Shown here in pieces: positions 25,901-40,900 of a stretch of 64,000 nt of DNA. The stretch spans positions 144,497 to 208,496 of the forward strand of contig NMRA01000100.1 of assembly GCA_002633005.1 (NCBI GenBank), read 5' to 3'. This DNA is from Phoronis australis (Eukaryota; Animalia; Phoronida). Within the stretch, counting starts at the first letter, position 1. Each line of letters begins with the position of its first letter. The notes under the pieces are model-generated. The model worked only from the letters and a program-made list of their open reading frames with translations, was not told the DNA's origin and did no database searches. The position numbers and the translations under genes were made by a program.

Positions 25901-28900
25901 TTATTATGACAACAAGAACGTGGAGGCCATCAGTGACCAAGGAAAATGCTTCAGCGTTTATTGAGGTTCAGCAAACCTTAAAATTCTGAATTAGAAATTG
26001 GCAAATGCTCGCATTGATTGCAACTCGAGTTGCTGGTTTGTGCGGCAACAATTTTCGGTAATGTTTTAGACCCCAAAGCAATCTGGTTAAGAATTCAACA
26101 TCGACGCCTAAGCGGGGCAAAATGCAGCCCTTTGTTTTGCATGTTATTGCTTTTTTGAATCCGCATATATCAATGTGAAAAGTTTTCACCTGAAATGGAT
26201 TTCAGATATTTTGCAAAGTTGATTTGTAGAAGTTAGAATTCTTGAATTAGTTGCTCTTTTAATTGCACACTGCATACTAATTTGAAGTCAAAACTGCTGT
26301 TGTGTGGGTGGATGGGTGTGTGGGTGGGTTGATGTGTGGGTGGGTGGGTTTAAATGACGTAGTCTTTTGATATAGGCTTCTTTGCAACAACAATTGATTT
26401 GATGACATTCTTTCTGATTGTCAATATGCTAGTAGGTGCCTTTTTAATGGTCAACTTTGTTAGATTTAAAGTATAGTCCGTAATGCCTTGATTACCATGG
26501 TTGATTCAAGAAACTTGTACAAAATTTGCGTCTTCCAAGTAGAGAAGACTGTTGGTATGGTTACTTTTCAGTTATTTTATGAAAAAAGGATTGTCGAAAA
26601 CTTGTATCGCAATTTTTTAAGCTGCTTTGCTACAGCTGTCAAAATTTTACCATTTTTTTGGCCGCTGTGCAGTTCAAGACACCCAAATGTTGAAGCTGAA
26701 TTTGTTTTTGCTGAGAAATTCCACATACCAATGTCCCATTTTTGACATTTTTGATATGAAATAGGTGATGATTTACCACGCTGTTTTCAATGTCTTGTAT
26801 TGTCTTCAAATGTAGGTTTGACACAATGCAATCTGGCATATGGAAAGACATCAGTGTTGGTCTTGTTTACAAAGCCCTCTGGGTACTGGGCCAAGACACA
26901 AATCAGCTATAAACATACAAGATATGACTTGAGTAGTGCATGCTGTTGGTAGAGACTTCTCTACCGCCTTGACACAGCTTTGCATTTATGTGGAAAGGTC
27001 ATTATAAATGGGATGTGTGGGTACAACTGGCAACACCTCAATACAGGTGATCAATGGACAAGGCTATGTCAGTTTAAGTTCTGTCTACAAATAGGTAATT
27101 GGTGCCATTTTGCTCTGTGCACTAGAACTTACGTTTTGTCACCCAACTTGACCTAAGCCCATTGGATGCAGTGTAGTTCTATTCTTGTGCTCTTTTCCTG
27201 GTTAGTGCAAGCATTTATTCCGTTATGATTATTTTATTTTCAGGCCAAAGCTAAATATGAGCGTGAAGAGCGTAGGCTGGAGCGAGCCAAGGAGCGGGGT
27301 GATGATAAATGGATGTTACCATCTGTGAGCGCTCGACTGGAACAGGAACAGGTAAATAATGAGTGCAAGGTCAAAGATTGCGTTTCACTTCTGTTCATTT
27401 TGCTACGCGGTGCCACCTTGTGGCGTCGTGAGTGAAACGGGAACTCCAGTTTGCCAAATACATTTCTTGCAACCTTGAAGGTAGACTCCAAATGTCAGAT
27501 ACTGAAAACTTACGATCTGGGAAGTTGAAAATCTGAAAGATGAGCTGGACACCGGTATAGCTACGCTTTTCTCAAGTGAGCACTCTCAACTTGTGGGACA
27601 TCATGCCCAGACAAGTAACACATGAAAAGATGATCGTGATGGGAATGCTGAAAATTTTGTTGATCAATTTTTTGTGAGCAAAATTATGCTATTGACGTAA
27701 TCCATTGTCTTGGAATCTGCGGCTATTGTTACATGTGCCCATAGGGTGGTCATGGTCTTATAGTAAATGGAGAGTCAGAATGCACTTATCCCGAGTGTTA
27801 TGAACATTTTAACGAAATTAAAGTGGGTAAGGTCCCACACTATCCTTGTAAAAAGTCCGAAAGTGTATAATTAATAGTCTGATGAAAATATTCCTTTTAT
27901 CAGGAACTTTATTGCAAATACCTTTGGGGGGCAATTCTGTCACTGGAAATTTCCAGCATCTGAATATTTTTCCCACACTGGTTGGTTTCATTGTTTACGT
28001 GTACTCTTGTTCTCAACAGTTTTCAGAGGAATGTACATACCAAGCTGGCTATATACTAAACACTGTCTCTAGATCAGCTGTATAGGTTGCCATGGCAGCG
28101 CACAGACTAGTACCCAAGGCAACAACATGTACCTTTCTGGTGCTATTGCTTGACATTTTAGTGCAGCCTGTATGCGAGTTTTTGGGCATGAAGCTCTGGG
28201 AATATTGTAGACAGCTTGTAAGTCATGGCAACATGGCTGGTATTTCCCAAACATCTATGGTGACTCCTGTTTAACAATAGATCGCCGTGTATTTTAAATG
28301 AGAACACTGGATTTTGGCTAGATTTTTCTAGCCCCGAGATACCTCTGCGGTTAAGTACATCCTCTGTTCTGAGGTCAGCACCTGTCACGCAGCTTTCAGA
28401 GTGTTCTGGATGTAACAGATGACAGTTGAGCCATCCACCCAGTCCCAGACAGTATCTCAGCCTGCATCTGCCAGGTCAGGACTTCCGGATTTCCTGCTAA
28501 ACTGGGTTGGCCTCCAATAAAGGTGCACTTCAAAGTTTAAACTGGATGTGTTCCACTATAGAGTGTTTTTTTTTTTAGAAAAATGAGATTGTTTGTGTTA
28601 ACCATGTATATGTGCAGTGCGGATCTTGTACCTGGGATATGTGTTTGTGATGAACTGCATTGTATTGTGACGAGTACGTGCAACACACAGAGACAATTCA
28701 CAATTATTGTCATCGTCACCCATGGACAAACCGTACACCTTAGGGGGAAAGAATTGCTGCGAGTGTATGCTTTTGACTTTTTAAACATGGCGATGTCAAA
28801 AGACAGAATTCTATTTTGTTTTAGCCGAATTATTTGATTTTTCTCTTTATTAAGACATTTGAAACATGCAGAAATTTTGCCAAGATCCAGTTACAGCAGA

Positions 28901-31900
28901 TGCTCATCAGTTTCCCAGAAAATTAACTGCCAACGAAATCATTTCTCAAATGCTTACTCCTTTGCCACAATCACTTGCTTGTTGACTGCGGGACACTCTC
29001 TATGAAAAAGTGCAATGTTTTTTCTTATACTTTATATATTTTGGTAAACTTTATGAAATATAAGTCCACTTGTCCATCGTATTGTATGCTAAATTGAAGC
29101 GCAAAAAACATTTGTCATAATGGTGGTTTCCTTGGTGGCTAGTGGCCTTGCCAGCGTCCATCGCTTGTGGCTGCATTCAGACAACTTTTCAGATATTTTT
29201 GTTCCCCCTCGCTTATCATAAATTATCCGTCATTTATCAATACAACCATTCTTCTCATAGTTTGCTGAAAATTAATTCCACGATTGTAGCAAATTAGTCC
29301 AGCATTTATGTACCTTTGAAACTTGATTGCAGTTCACCAAACACGTTAACTCGAATAATGACCCAAAACATTTTTTTAATTCTCATACATATTTTCAATG
29401 GGAGGGAATCCAGATTTAAGCGTGATGTGCATTCGCGAAAATTCAGTGAAAGTGGGGAGTGGTCACTAACAAGGTCAATCTGGAGCCTTACAGTTTTACT
29501 TACAATGAGTAAATTTTTCACACCAAGCGGGATCCGCAACATTGTTGTGTGTTTTCCAAGGCCTTGTTACCATGGCTGCAGATAATCAAATTTTACCGAG
29601 TGTTGCTTCACGTTTTGTATATGGTGCAAATCATGCTAATAATGGAGCGTTGTTGCTGAGAATTTTGACAAACTAAATTGACACTTTTCTTCCATACTGT
29701 GTGTTTATAAAATAACTTGTAGGTATGGTTAAATGTCTTGTTAGTATTGGTTATTAATACCATGCCTTGTTCTGGAGTCCTAGCATTACTATACCATATT
29801 GTTTGGGAAAATTCTGCTTCAATCAGTAGCTACAGCTACTTTTCTTGTTGGTGGTAATCATTTTTTGGTTTCCCAACTTTTTGATGTTTTAAACACTCAA
29901 TCTCAACAGTCAAAGTGCATTCAGCTGTTCTCTATAATTGCTTAGGTGCATTTTATTTTACCAGATCAGCTGGGTGTTATGTTGAAGTTTAATGCACTTG
30001 TTTTTACTCAAATCACTCCGCAACTGCCTAAGCCACAAACAGCAACACAAGCATACTGCTCTGTGTACAGACACCTGAAACCCCAGTTGAAATAAATTAA
30101 GATGACCCTCTGCGTGGAGGGACTGATGTCAGTGGGCACAGTTGGTCTAATGTTGTTGCATGGGTGACATTCATAGACGTTTTTTTTTGTTTTCTGTATT
30201 CCGTGTTTTAATTAACTGAGAAGGGAGGTGTCTGTGTTTTTCCATTTACAGTGTTTGTTAAGGTAATTAAAATTGTAACTGGCATTTCGAAATACTTCTT
30301 TAAGCCATTCTGTAATTAGAATTTTGCCTTCCTAAAATTTATTAGCAGCCTTTTTTGCTGTTGACAGAATTAGTCATCTTGGCAGGAAAATTGTATTTTG
30401 TCTTATTACTGTCTTGTACAGTTTCCTGATAGCCGGTATTGGGACTGTGAGATTTTTTAAGCAACTGTTTAATATTTGCCAGTTGTTTACATCAATTAGT
30501 CTCAGGTAATTAGTTGCAGCTTCAATGGTCTAGACTAATTAGATGCTTTCCTCCAGTGTAATTGCATCTGGTGTACTAAAGGAAATGTGAGTTAGCTGCC
30601 ACCATGTTGGGTAAACAAATCATGATTACTGTCAAGTTCAGTGGAGACAAATCCCTTGACTGTGGTCACCATCTGTAGTGTAAAGTACAATAAACCATTT
30701 TTGGTGTAGATTTTCTCAAAACTGTAGTAGTTGGAATTGTCATCTATAAAGCCTTTTCTGTATTTCATATTTGACGCCAAATTAATTTTAAAAATAAATT
30801 CATGGGCGATGGGTAACTCGACATTAGAGGAGGCAGTGTGGCCTGATTGATAAGTGCCCGCTTTCTTTACTCGAGGTCGTGGGTTCGAGTCCCACCAGGT
30901 CACACTGCTAAACCCTTGAGCCAGGTTTTTAGCTCCTCAGCTCGCTTTTAACCACATATTAATAAAGCATAAAAATATTTCCAGGTGATCAGTGCAATGG
31001 GCCGACATGCGAGGCCTGCGCACGTCTGGTACAACGTGTATCAGACCGCCTGCAATTATTTTCTTTATATAACTCGACATTATTCAGTCGGTGCCCATGA
31101 AGAGAGAGACCTTGCTTTTTACCAGGGATGAATTGATAACAGATAGCAGTTCATCAGCTGGGAGGGAGTGTGCGCTAGGAGTCCTATGTGAATGGCTGAA
31201 ATAGTGAAATATTGCATTTCTGTAATAAGACCCCTGTTGTGCACTTGACTACTTAGTGAAGTTGCATATTCTCTAGTACTTCACCTTTGACATTCAGAAG
31301 AAAATAGTCCATTTTGAGAATTGAGTAAATCGGTGGCGTGATAAGTGTTCATAAATCTACACTTTCTGCTGCAGAAGGTGGGTTGTGTACAATGACATGG
31401 TACGTTCACATAGAGACTAAGACACTTGTGTAAAGCTGTGCCTATATCCGAACTCGGGCGCTCCTGCTTATTTATGAAACATTTGAGTGATGCCTGCCAA
31501 TGAGTCCCTCCATTGGTTACTGCAGATTTTGACCTAGTTAATCAATACATTAAAAACACTACATAAGCATCAAAATGCCAAAAAATCACTTGAGAGATCC
31601 CCAAATATTTTTGACTTATGGTTGCGTAGGACTCGTGTACTGTGGAGCATAGCTGCAATGTATTGTAGTATAGTGGCACTCAACAATTTTTGCTGATTTG
31701 GGGCTCGTTATTATCTATAAGCCCAGCTTTACGATATAGTGGCATGTGACTAATGTTTTCTGTTTCCTGTAATATCTGTGGAGTATAAATAAGTATGTTT
31801 CATCATCGTCATCATCATCACCATCATCATCACCATTGAGTCAGCTTCCAATAGTCTGTAACACAGGATGTACAAAACCTGGAAATATGAATAGTGTACT

Positions 31901-34900
31901 GGGCCAAAGGGTTCAAAAACCTTGCACAAAGTCTATTGAAACTGAATCCAAAGTCAATTTTCCATCTTTTACAACTAGCGGAAGTGCAGCTGGCTACTTG
32001 AAAAACGAGCAAAAATACACTGAATCAACAGTTTTCATCCAAAGCCACCATTTGCATGTAATAACTACGAACTAAGAGACAGCGCATTCAGGCTGCCAAA
32101 ACTCCAGATTGCAGAAATCAGATTTTTACAAAATTGATTCGAAGTTTCTGAACTTCTGAAGCCAAGTACCTGAATTTCCTGCTTAATTTCAACTTCCCGC
32201 TTGCAAGCAGTAAAGGTTTAAGAAAAGCTACTGCTGGGCAAAAAGTTGGTAAAAGAGTCAACATCTGGCAATCTGTCACTTGGAACAGATTCAAAAATCA
32301 AACAAATGCCATCCATACCCTTTACATGCAGCAGAGAACTTAAAATGCTCATCCAACCGAGCAAGCGCTAATTTTTAATGATATCGGGGAAGGAAAATTA
32401 ACCATGGCTCAAAAAATATTGAGTCATGCAGTTTAGCGCCATCTTTTGTAGGGACAGCGCAGTCATGCGTAAGAATATCCAAATAAATAGTCTGAAGTCA
32501 TTTTGTCTGTTTGGTGAACCTTGAGCCTTGTGGCCACGAGTACTGAACCAACTTAGTATTACTTTACAAGGGGACCTAAAATAATGACATCTCCATGAAC
32601 CCAGTAGTTTAGTTCTTTTGTATCACTTGTTTTAATTGGTAGGATGCGTCCTTGAAGTCTAAAAAGACGAAAAAGGACAAGAAGAAACATAAGGAGAAGA
32701 AGAAGAAGAAAAAGAAGCATAAGTCGAGCTCTAGTGAATCAGTAAGTGTTTAGTGTTTTAGGTAATTGAAGGAGTCATGTTTACTTGATATTTAAATGGA
32801 AGGATTTTATCACTGTTTTTAAAGAGGCATGGAATGCAAAAGCTTGTCAAAAATATCCTTTAAACAATTCTTGGGGAAGGTTACGATCTCGTAACGTCTA
32901 CTACAGAGTTATTCACTTTTCCCTGTGAGGATATTTCTAGAAAAAATCACAAAAATTGCTGAAATACACGAAAAGGAAAAACTCTGTAGTCACCACAAAG
33001 TTTCTAATCTCCCTCCCATGTATGATAAATGCCGATGTGCGCTCGCAGTCATTCGACAAATAGCTGACTGACAAGGTGGATATTAACGGCAGATGATCAC
33101 GTGTGACTGGACTTCGAATCTGAGGTTGACAGCACAGAATGAGACAAGCCAGTGAAGCAAGCAATTTTCCAAAAAATAATTCCAAGTGAATTTTAGAATA
33201 TATTTGAATACTAAGATATCTTTATAACTATTTTTAATAGTTAGGACTTACATCAATTGCCTGTTAATCGGGCTGGCTGCTGCTTGAGGTTGCCATTGTT
33301 TTGTTTACATCAAAGGCCAAAGGTCACATTTTCCATAGAAAGAAAATTTACTAGGTCTATGTCTTGCCGTATCAAACAACGAAACATGCTTTGTCCTGTG
33401 GGAGAAAAACGATGAAGTGACGACCAGTTGACAGATTGGGTTTTTGAAATTTGAAACTAAACGAAAAATGCTTGGACATCAATAGAAATTCAAAATCTTT
33501 ATGAAAAAAAAACAAAAAATACCTGGCGAGCAGTTTGAATAGTGTTTTAGTGGCAGAGAAATACTCTGAATTATGTAATTTAGTATGTTTTTCGGGTTCC
33601 AAACCTCTTCAATGTTGTATTAAGCACTGTTCATTTCTAGCAAAGCCCTTTTCTTCTTTAACACTGATAAAAGATCAACACATTCACTTGTGCTGGTAAC
33701 TCGGGTGAGGCACCTACATTGAATAACCTGACAGTACTGTGGGGAATCCTGCACCCATCTGGTGTACTGACCTTTGTGCTGTGACCACATGTAGAGTAAT
33801 TGAATAAGTGCCTGGTAAGCTTCTTATATCTTACTGTGTTAGTCTGCTGGTAGCATTGTTGTGGACAGTGCTGACTTAATCCTTTGGTGTGAGTACAGTG
33901 TCACTGTGTTGCAGTTGTTGGAAGTGAATGGTCACTACCAGTAGCTGTGGACAGTAAGCCAGGATTTAGGTATCCTCACCTCGGGTTGATATCTACGGTA
34001 AACCGGTTTGTTAGACCTCACATATGTGCTGTGCTCTACGTCTTCTAAATCTGGTGGATTTTGAGAACAATGTGCTGAAAATTGACTCGTGTTACGTTTT
34101 ATTGCAGGATTCTGACAATGAACCAGTCTGGGTTGATAGTAGCGGTGCTGTTCAAAGTGAACCTAGTTCCTCTGTCAAAGGGCCTACTTTGGAAGTAAGT
34201 GCTGTTTTAATTGATTTCACATAATTTTTATGCAGATAATGAATGATTTTACTAGTACACATGAGATTTTCCTCGTTGTGCTAAAAATTTTGCCAAATTA
34301 AGATGCAAAATAGCAGACAAGTGAAATTTTATTTTCTCATTTTTCCATTAAAAGACGTGTTGCACCATATTTATGCTTTTCTGTGTTCATGTACCATAAG
34401 TGCCACCACGCCATATTTTGAAAAAAGTGTGGACATTGTCAACATTGTTTGAAGCCCTTGAAAATGAAAAAGGGAAATTTTGGCAAACATTGGTGAGATT
34501 ATACTACATTTGAGGCACCACAAAGTTCTATAGCTTCACTGCTCTTGTATTGGTTATCTATTAATTGAGAATTTCCAAGTACTTGCCACCAAGAAAAACC
34601 TCCGGTCTGTGCTCACCTAATTTTGTATGTCAACTGGTTTACTTAAGACTGCAATGTTTTTTTGCTGCAACGCGTTCATACCACCGGTTACATTTAATAA
34701 CGTTCCCAGCTTCACTTTCCTATCAACACAACAGTGTCCCATTTTACTGATTCGGTCGCAGGTAATGTGTAGCTCTTTGACTTAGAATAGCCATTGCAAC
34801 TCCTCATACTAGCTGGATTTAATAGGGCTGTTCTGGAATACCCACCAGAACTTGAATCCCGCTGTATTTTCCCACAATGCCTTAAACATGCGTCAGGCAC

Positions 34901-37900
34901 ATTTGGTTCCTCTTTTCGGGCTATTGGAGTTGTCATGTAATTTGTTGCGTGATTGGTTTTCTTGGTTGCATTACTCTATTCGTCCTTCCAATGCCAACGA
35001 AGTATTACTGCTGTGCTGTGGCCTGCAACTGCAATGTGAGAATGTTTGACTGGAGAAATACCTGTGGATTTGGGATGTGAAATTCTTTGCCTTCCAGTCA
35101 TCAATGACAGACACGAAAATGTGCCTCATTTTCAAAACGAGGTCACTGGCTTTCTCGCTTTAGTTTCCTCTTTTTTGGCCTCTTTTTATCATTATTTTGT
35201 CTTTATTCATTCATCAAAATTTTACAACCTACACAATGTTTCTATCATACAAGCCTATTTGTTGAACGATACATCACCTGGAAAATTTTCATCTTTTTTG
35301 TCATTGGTCATTCCAAGCCTCGTTCCTTAGACAGGTGCTCCATCTGTGTGCAGTGTGGCTGGAAGACTAGTGACATTCCAATTACCCTTTGCTCATCTCT
35401 GTTTCACGTCAAGCACATTGATGCATTGGAGGTCAGTCTTCATTTGTGTTGACACTGTGTTGACACATGAAAGAAAAATAATGCCTTTGAGAGCATGTGA
35501 TCGAATTGGAAGGATGTAAATACATGTACAGACTCCAAAGGTTCCCAGCTACACTTGAGTAGTGCTTAGATTGTGGTTTAACCAAGGTGAATGAAGCGTT
35601 ATTTGCTGAAAATCACCTGGCATACGTGGCATATTAGGATGTGCTATCTAGAGGTTACTATCACCGTTATGTCATGTTTTGCAGGTTCTTCAATATCCGT
35701 CTCTGTCTTGTTGAGACTCTTGAAGACAACAAGATATTTGACCACTTGCAGTCGGAAAATATAAAACTCTAGAAATGTTACTGACCACTTATATTAAAAA
35801 AACTTTCTTGTTGTGCCTTTGCAGCGGGACTCATGGATGACAGACACGCCCGACATCTTTGGTGGTGTTACCAGGCAACAGCTGCGTGACAAGAAGAGGG
35901 AGGAAGAGGATGCGAAGAAGCCTCTGGATCAGAACCTGCTGGATCAGGTAGTTAGAGATGTATAGTTTGCATTGTTATCAATAGAGGTCGCTGTAGACTG
36001 TCCCCCTCTCTGTGTGTGTAATATGATATTCAGTGTCACTGAGCTCTTTGAAGTTGTCATCATTTTTGTCAGTTAATGGACTATCTGCTTAGTCATTGAG
36101 TAATTTAGTATCCTAGTTCCTTAGTAGCTTCAGATCTCTTATCTTGTGTCAGGCATTTTGAAGTAGGATTCTTTTGGTCTCTTGAACTCAGAACTAATTT
36201 ATGAACACCGTCAGTTTGTTACCAGCTAGATTTTTGTGCTTGTTGCATGATATTGTGAAGTTTACTCAACAATGTGAGACAGGATGATGAAAGGAGATAT
36301 TTATCTGGTGTATAGCTTTTGTGCAACGTGGGATCGTGTGCCATGAAAGCAAGACACTAAATACACTTGCTGCTTGAAATCTTTTCCTATGGAACTGAAA
36401 TAGTGTTTCTACCTGCAGCTTACTCCCAAGAATTTTGCATTCTAACCTTGCTGACCCAGTGTTTCATTATGAACCATTTTGCTTGTAAAAGACCTTGCCC
36501 GTGAAATACTTACCTTTTACTCGCATGAATTTGGCAATGCGTGGTCTTTTGTGTTCTTGTTTTTCTCGCAAGAAAATTGCTTTACGGAACATGGTCCTGG
36601 TGCAGATGTGAAATGTGACACGAATATTTTTGTTATTTCGTCTTCTTTCTTCAGCCTGGTCAGCATGAACTGGAGTTGAATCCATATTGGAAGGACGGTG
36701 GCGTTGGACTGCCAGAGGAAGAGAAGGCACAGCCGCCAACAGAGAGCTACTCTCTTGATTGGCTTAGAAAGGCTTATAGGCGGTGTCAGGAGATGGCTGA
36801 AGAACAGGGCAAGGGGTTAGAGGAGGTGGCAGCTGAGAGGTGGGGGGTGAGTTCTATGTGACAGATGGATAAGGCAGGGTGCAGTGAACTTTCCTGCAAT
36901 TTATCACTGGATTATGGTGGGCATGTGAATAACTTATTTATTCTAATTTGGCAACAAAAACAAACATTTAGAATTTTCATTCTGTCATTACCATGGCGTT
37001 TAGTGCACAGAAGTTGGGATTTTTTATGCGCCCACATATTTATATGTGGACGCATTATGCGTCTGGCATCCGGTGCTCTATATATGTTCCATTCATGAAT
37101 GGGAGGGCATGAGCGAACTTTCAGACTGATCCGTCTACCTGTGTGCCCCCTAGTGACAATTTTAGTTTTTTACGCTTACCTTTGTATCTTCAAAAGTCCT
37201 GAATGGATTTTCATGAAATTCAGTATGTATGCACCTGTGAATGAAATGACGCTATCCTCCCGTTTTCGGATGGATTGGACGTAGTTTGCACCACCTAGTG
37301 GCCATTTTTACTGTTTTCGAGTCTGTTTTTTGCGTCCGTCTTACTATGAAGAGGATGGTTGACGATGATTTTCTGATGATTTCGACTACAGTTTTTTTTT
37401 TGCGCCTATGGCTGTACCTCCTAAACCGTTCGCTGGATCTTTACGAAATTGAGTAAGTATATTTATATGATGTTAACAATGGACGGCGACAACTTTTGGA
37501 CAGATCTGACTACTGGTGTGCCCCCTAGTGGCAATTTTATTTTTTTTACGTTTACCTTTGTATCTTCAAAAGTCCTTAATGGATTTTCATGAAATTTAAT
37601 ATGTAGGCACCTATTAGTGAGGTGATGCTATCCTCCCGTTTTGGGGTGGATTCGACGTAGTTTGCGCCACCTAATGGCCATTTTTACTGTTTTTGAGTCT
37701 GTTTTTTGTGTCCACCCCTCCATCAACCAAACCGCTCAAAGGATGATTGTGAAAATTGGCATGTATGTGCTTACTATAAAGAGCACGGTTGACGATGATT
37801 TTCCAATGATTTCGACTACTGTGGCACCTCCTAGTGGCAGTTTCGTTTTTGATGCTCCCATGGCTGTATCTCCTGAACCGTTCGCAGGATCTTTACTTAA

Positions 37901-40900
37901 TTTAGCAAGTGTATTTATATGATGTTTACTACGGATGACGACTACTTTCGGACAGATCTGACTACTGCTGTGCCCCCTAGTTGCAATTTTAATTTTTTTA
38001 CGTTTAACTCAGTATCTTCAAAGGTTCTCAACAGATTTTCATAAAATTTTAAATATAGGCATCTATTGGTGTAATGACGCTATCTTACTGTTTTTGGATG
38101 GAATCGAAGTATTTTGCATCACCTAGTGCCACTTTGGCTGTTTTCAAATCTTGTTTTTGGTGTCCACCCTTGTATCAACCAAATCATTTGAAAATTGGCA
38201 TATATGTGCTCAGTGTGAAGATGACCTTTGATGATGGTGACTAACTACTGTGGCACCTCCTAGTGGTAATTTTGTTTCGCGCCCATAGTTGTATCTCCTA
38301 AACCCACTGCAGGATCTTTACTAAATTTAGTAAGTGTATTTATATGAAGATAACAACAGTTGACGACGACTTTCAGGCGGATCCAACGGACACTGTGCCC
38401 ACTAGTGGCAATTTCATTTTATTCTGTTTTCCTTTGTTTCTCGGAAGTTCCTTGACAGATTTTTATGAAATATGGCATGTTCCTGTTTTTGAATGGATTA
38501 TATGTTTTTGCGCCATCTAGTGGCCATTTTTATGATACAAATAAATAACCCTAAAAGCACACCATTTGCAATGCATTTGTTGGCACATTTCAACGCTCCG
38601 CGTTGCTCTTGTTTATTTTAGCTATATCAGCTATTGAATACAATGTTGGCTATTATTTTTCTGCGAAGCTGAAGAGGGCCCGAGAATTTGATGACTCTGA
38701 TGGCCGTGTTACTGTGCACGGGGCTCGAGCAATCTGAAAACAAAAGCCATTTTACATTATTTGTAATATCCAGAAATGATTTGATTTCAGTCATTACAAA
38801 AATTGAAAAGCCTGATCGCAGATGCTGAGGACAAAGAAAGCCAGCAGAAGGGAAGATTTAGGAGGGAGAAACCTGGTGACTATTACGATAGATCAGGAGC
38901 ACGCCCTCATGGACATTCTTCACCTCATTACAAATCAAAAAATGTACGTGAACGTTCGCGGTCACCTAAATATAGGTCAAGATCTGAACGAGAACATTCT
39001 AGTGGCTCTAGGTCACGGCGTGATAAATCTAGATCGCCAGTTTACAGGTCAAAGTCTGAAAGAAAAAGATCACGTTCACCAAAGTCAAGGTCAAGAAAAA
39101 GTAGGTCAAGGTCTCGGTCAAGGTCACCCAAAATGAGGCGTGACGCTGATGGTAAATATTCTCACAGCTATGACCGATACAAGGACTCGCTCAAAGATGC
39201 TAGCGGTAGTAAGTTAAAATCACTGAGTGGGAAGTTTTTAAAGCCAGGTGAATCGGTTTCATCCTCGACAGATTCCGGTAGGAGTAGCGTGCCGGGCTGG
39301 AAGAAGAAAGGCTTTCTGAAGCCTGGTGAAGGTAGTAGTGAGTCTTCTAGTGTCAAGGAGAAGGATCGTAGCCATAGCGATACTCCGAGCTGGAAAAAGA
39401 AAGAGCAGCAGGAGTATCAGAAGCCAGCGGAACAACACAGGAAATCATCCTCGGGTAAGTACTGGGTGTGATAGAAACGATTAGCTTTTATGTAACACCT
39501 CTGGTCTCAAGTTTCTTGGCACGTCTGTAGAAGAACTAGGATTGCTAAGATGCCATCGATAACAGTAATAGATGTTATTCCAACAAGTTTGGTTGTAATA
39601 AACTTGACTTCCTTTTTTCAATCACTGTGTGTCTCAATATGTTTGTACAGGCTACATATAATTCTTGCTGAACTGATGTAGAACCTTGGTTGGTGTTTGT
39701 ATTACCGGGGCCTAGGGACTAATCTCCAGCCTGTCAACTCCCAAATTATTTTTGACATTTTCTGTTCGATTTTAGTGTGAACTCAATATTAATGTCTGCA
39801 CTCTCGTACATGACTTGTGTCTATTGTTATGTTGCAATTGATGGACCCAGCTTTAAAATTATAAGATCATGTTAGAATTCAAAATCTAGAGTTTGTACAG
39901 ACCTGGTTAAAACTCATCTACATAAGCTATTATGTACTCAAGTATGCAATTATCAACTCTTCCTCAAGTTCGTACTTAAGTTCAGAGTTGAGAGGTCAGA
40001 GATTAGATCAGGAACCCAGGTTGATTCCAGTATTTGAACAGCATTGATCGTGACATAATTCGCTTTCAGACTCTAGCAGTTCAAGCAGTGATTCATCGTC
40101 TGAAGTGGAAGGGGATCCCGGCGGTGATCCAAGACCTGCCCAAGACGAGGTGACCATTTTGTCTGAACAGCAGATGAACGAGATAGGAGCGAAAATAATT
40201 CGAGCGGAAATCATGGGTGATGAGGTTAGTAAAGCATGTAGTCAAAGCCATAGCTTATGCATTCATGACACGCTAACTTTGTATACCCTGTTGTTACATT
40301 CGGTATGTTTCCTGGCCGGGAAAGTTTGTAGCTTAAACGGAGAGTTGAACAGGAGATTTGCGGGTTATGGTTAGGACATGACAATGTCAAGGAAGAATTT
40401 CTGATTATGGAAGTCGCTCATTGAACTGCCCTGTGGCTGTCTTAAAGCTCACATCATGAAAATTGACATGATCCTGTGCAGCTGGGTACATACTGATTTG
40501 GTGTAGACAGAGCTCCAGTGTTGTTGGTAGCAGATATGTTCCAACAGCTCAACTGAAGATTGCTGGATAACAAAATGGCGGATATGAAACTCGTTTCGTT
40601 TTATAAGAATCTTAAGGCCGTTGGTCCAGTTATTCTGTAACTTACTTCACACCTTCGCTCCCTACTTGATCTCCCGGGTGTAAACGTTCACTTGGTAGAC
40701 ATTTAAAGTTTGGAAGTCAACACAAACTTTGAAACAGATTTTTGGGGGATTATTGTCCGACTTTGATCTTCGCAGTGGCCCTGGTTGCCAAACACAATCT
40801 GAGGTCGATTTGGCGACCTGCACTGTTATGTAACAATTGTCTCCTGGGTGGCGTCCACCAGAATTTTCAATGTGATGGAGTTTAGTGTTTAAAATGTGGA

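Noticed and set aside
17000-27200. Numerous 60-150 aa ORFs in CWF19L2 intron 1
   Set aside because: No recognisable motifs, many non-ATG starts, no consistent exon chain.
30830-30903. tRNA gene
   Set aside because: Acceptor stem does not pair, and it is the head of a TSD-flanked SINE.
31830-32340. Non-LTR reverse transcriptase relic
   Set aside because: Only a faint, frameshifted AFVDF..FESVP-like match; too weak to call.
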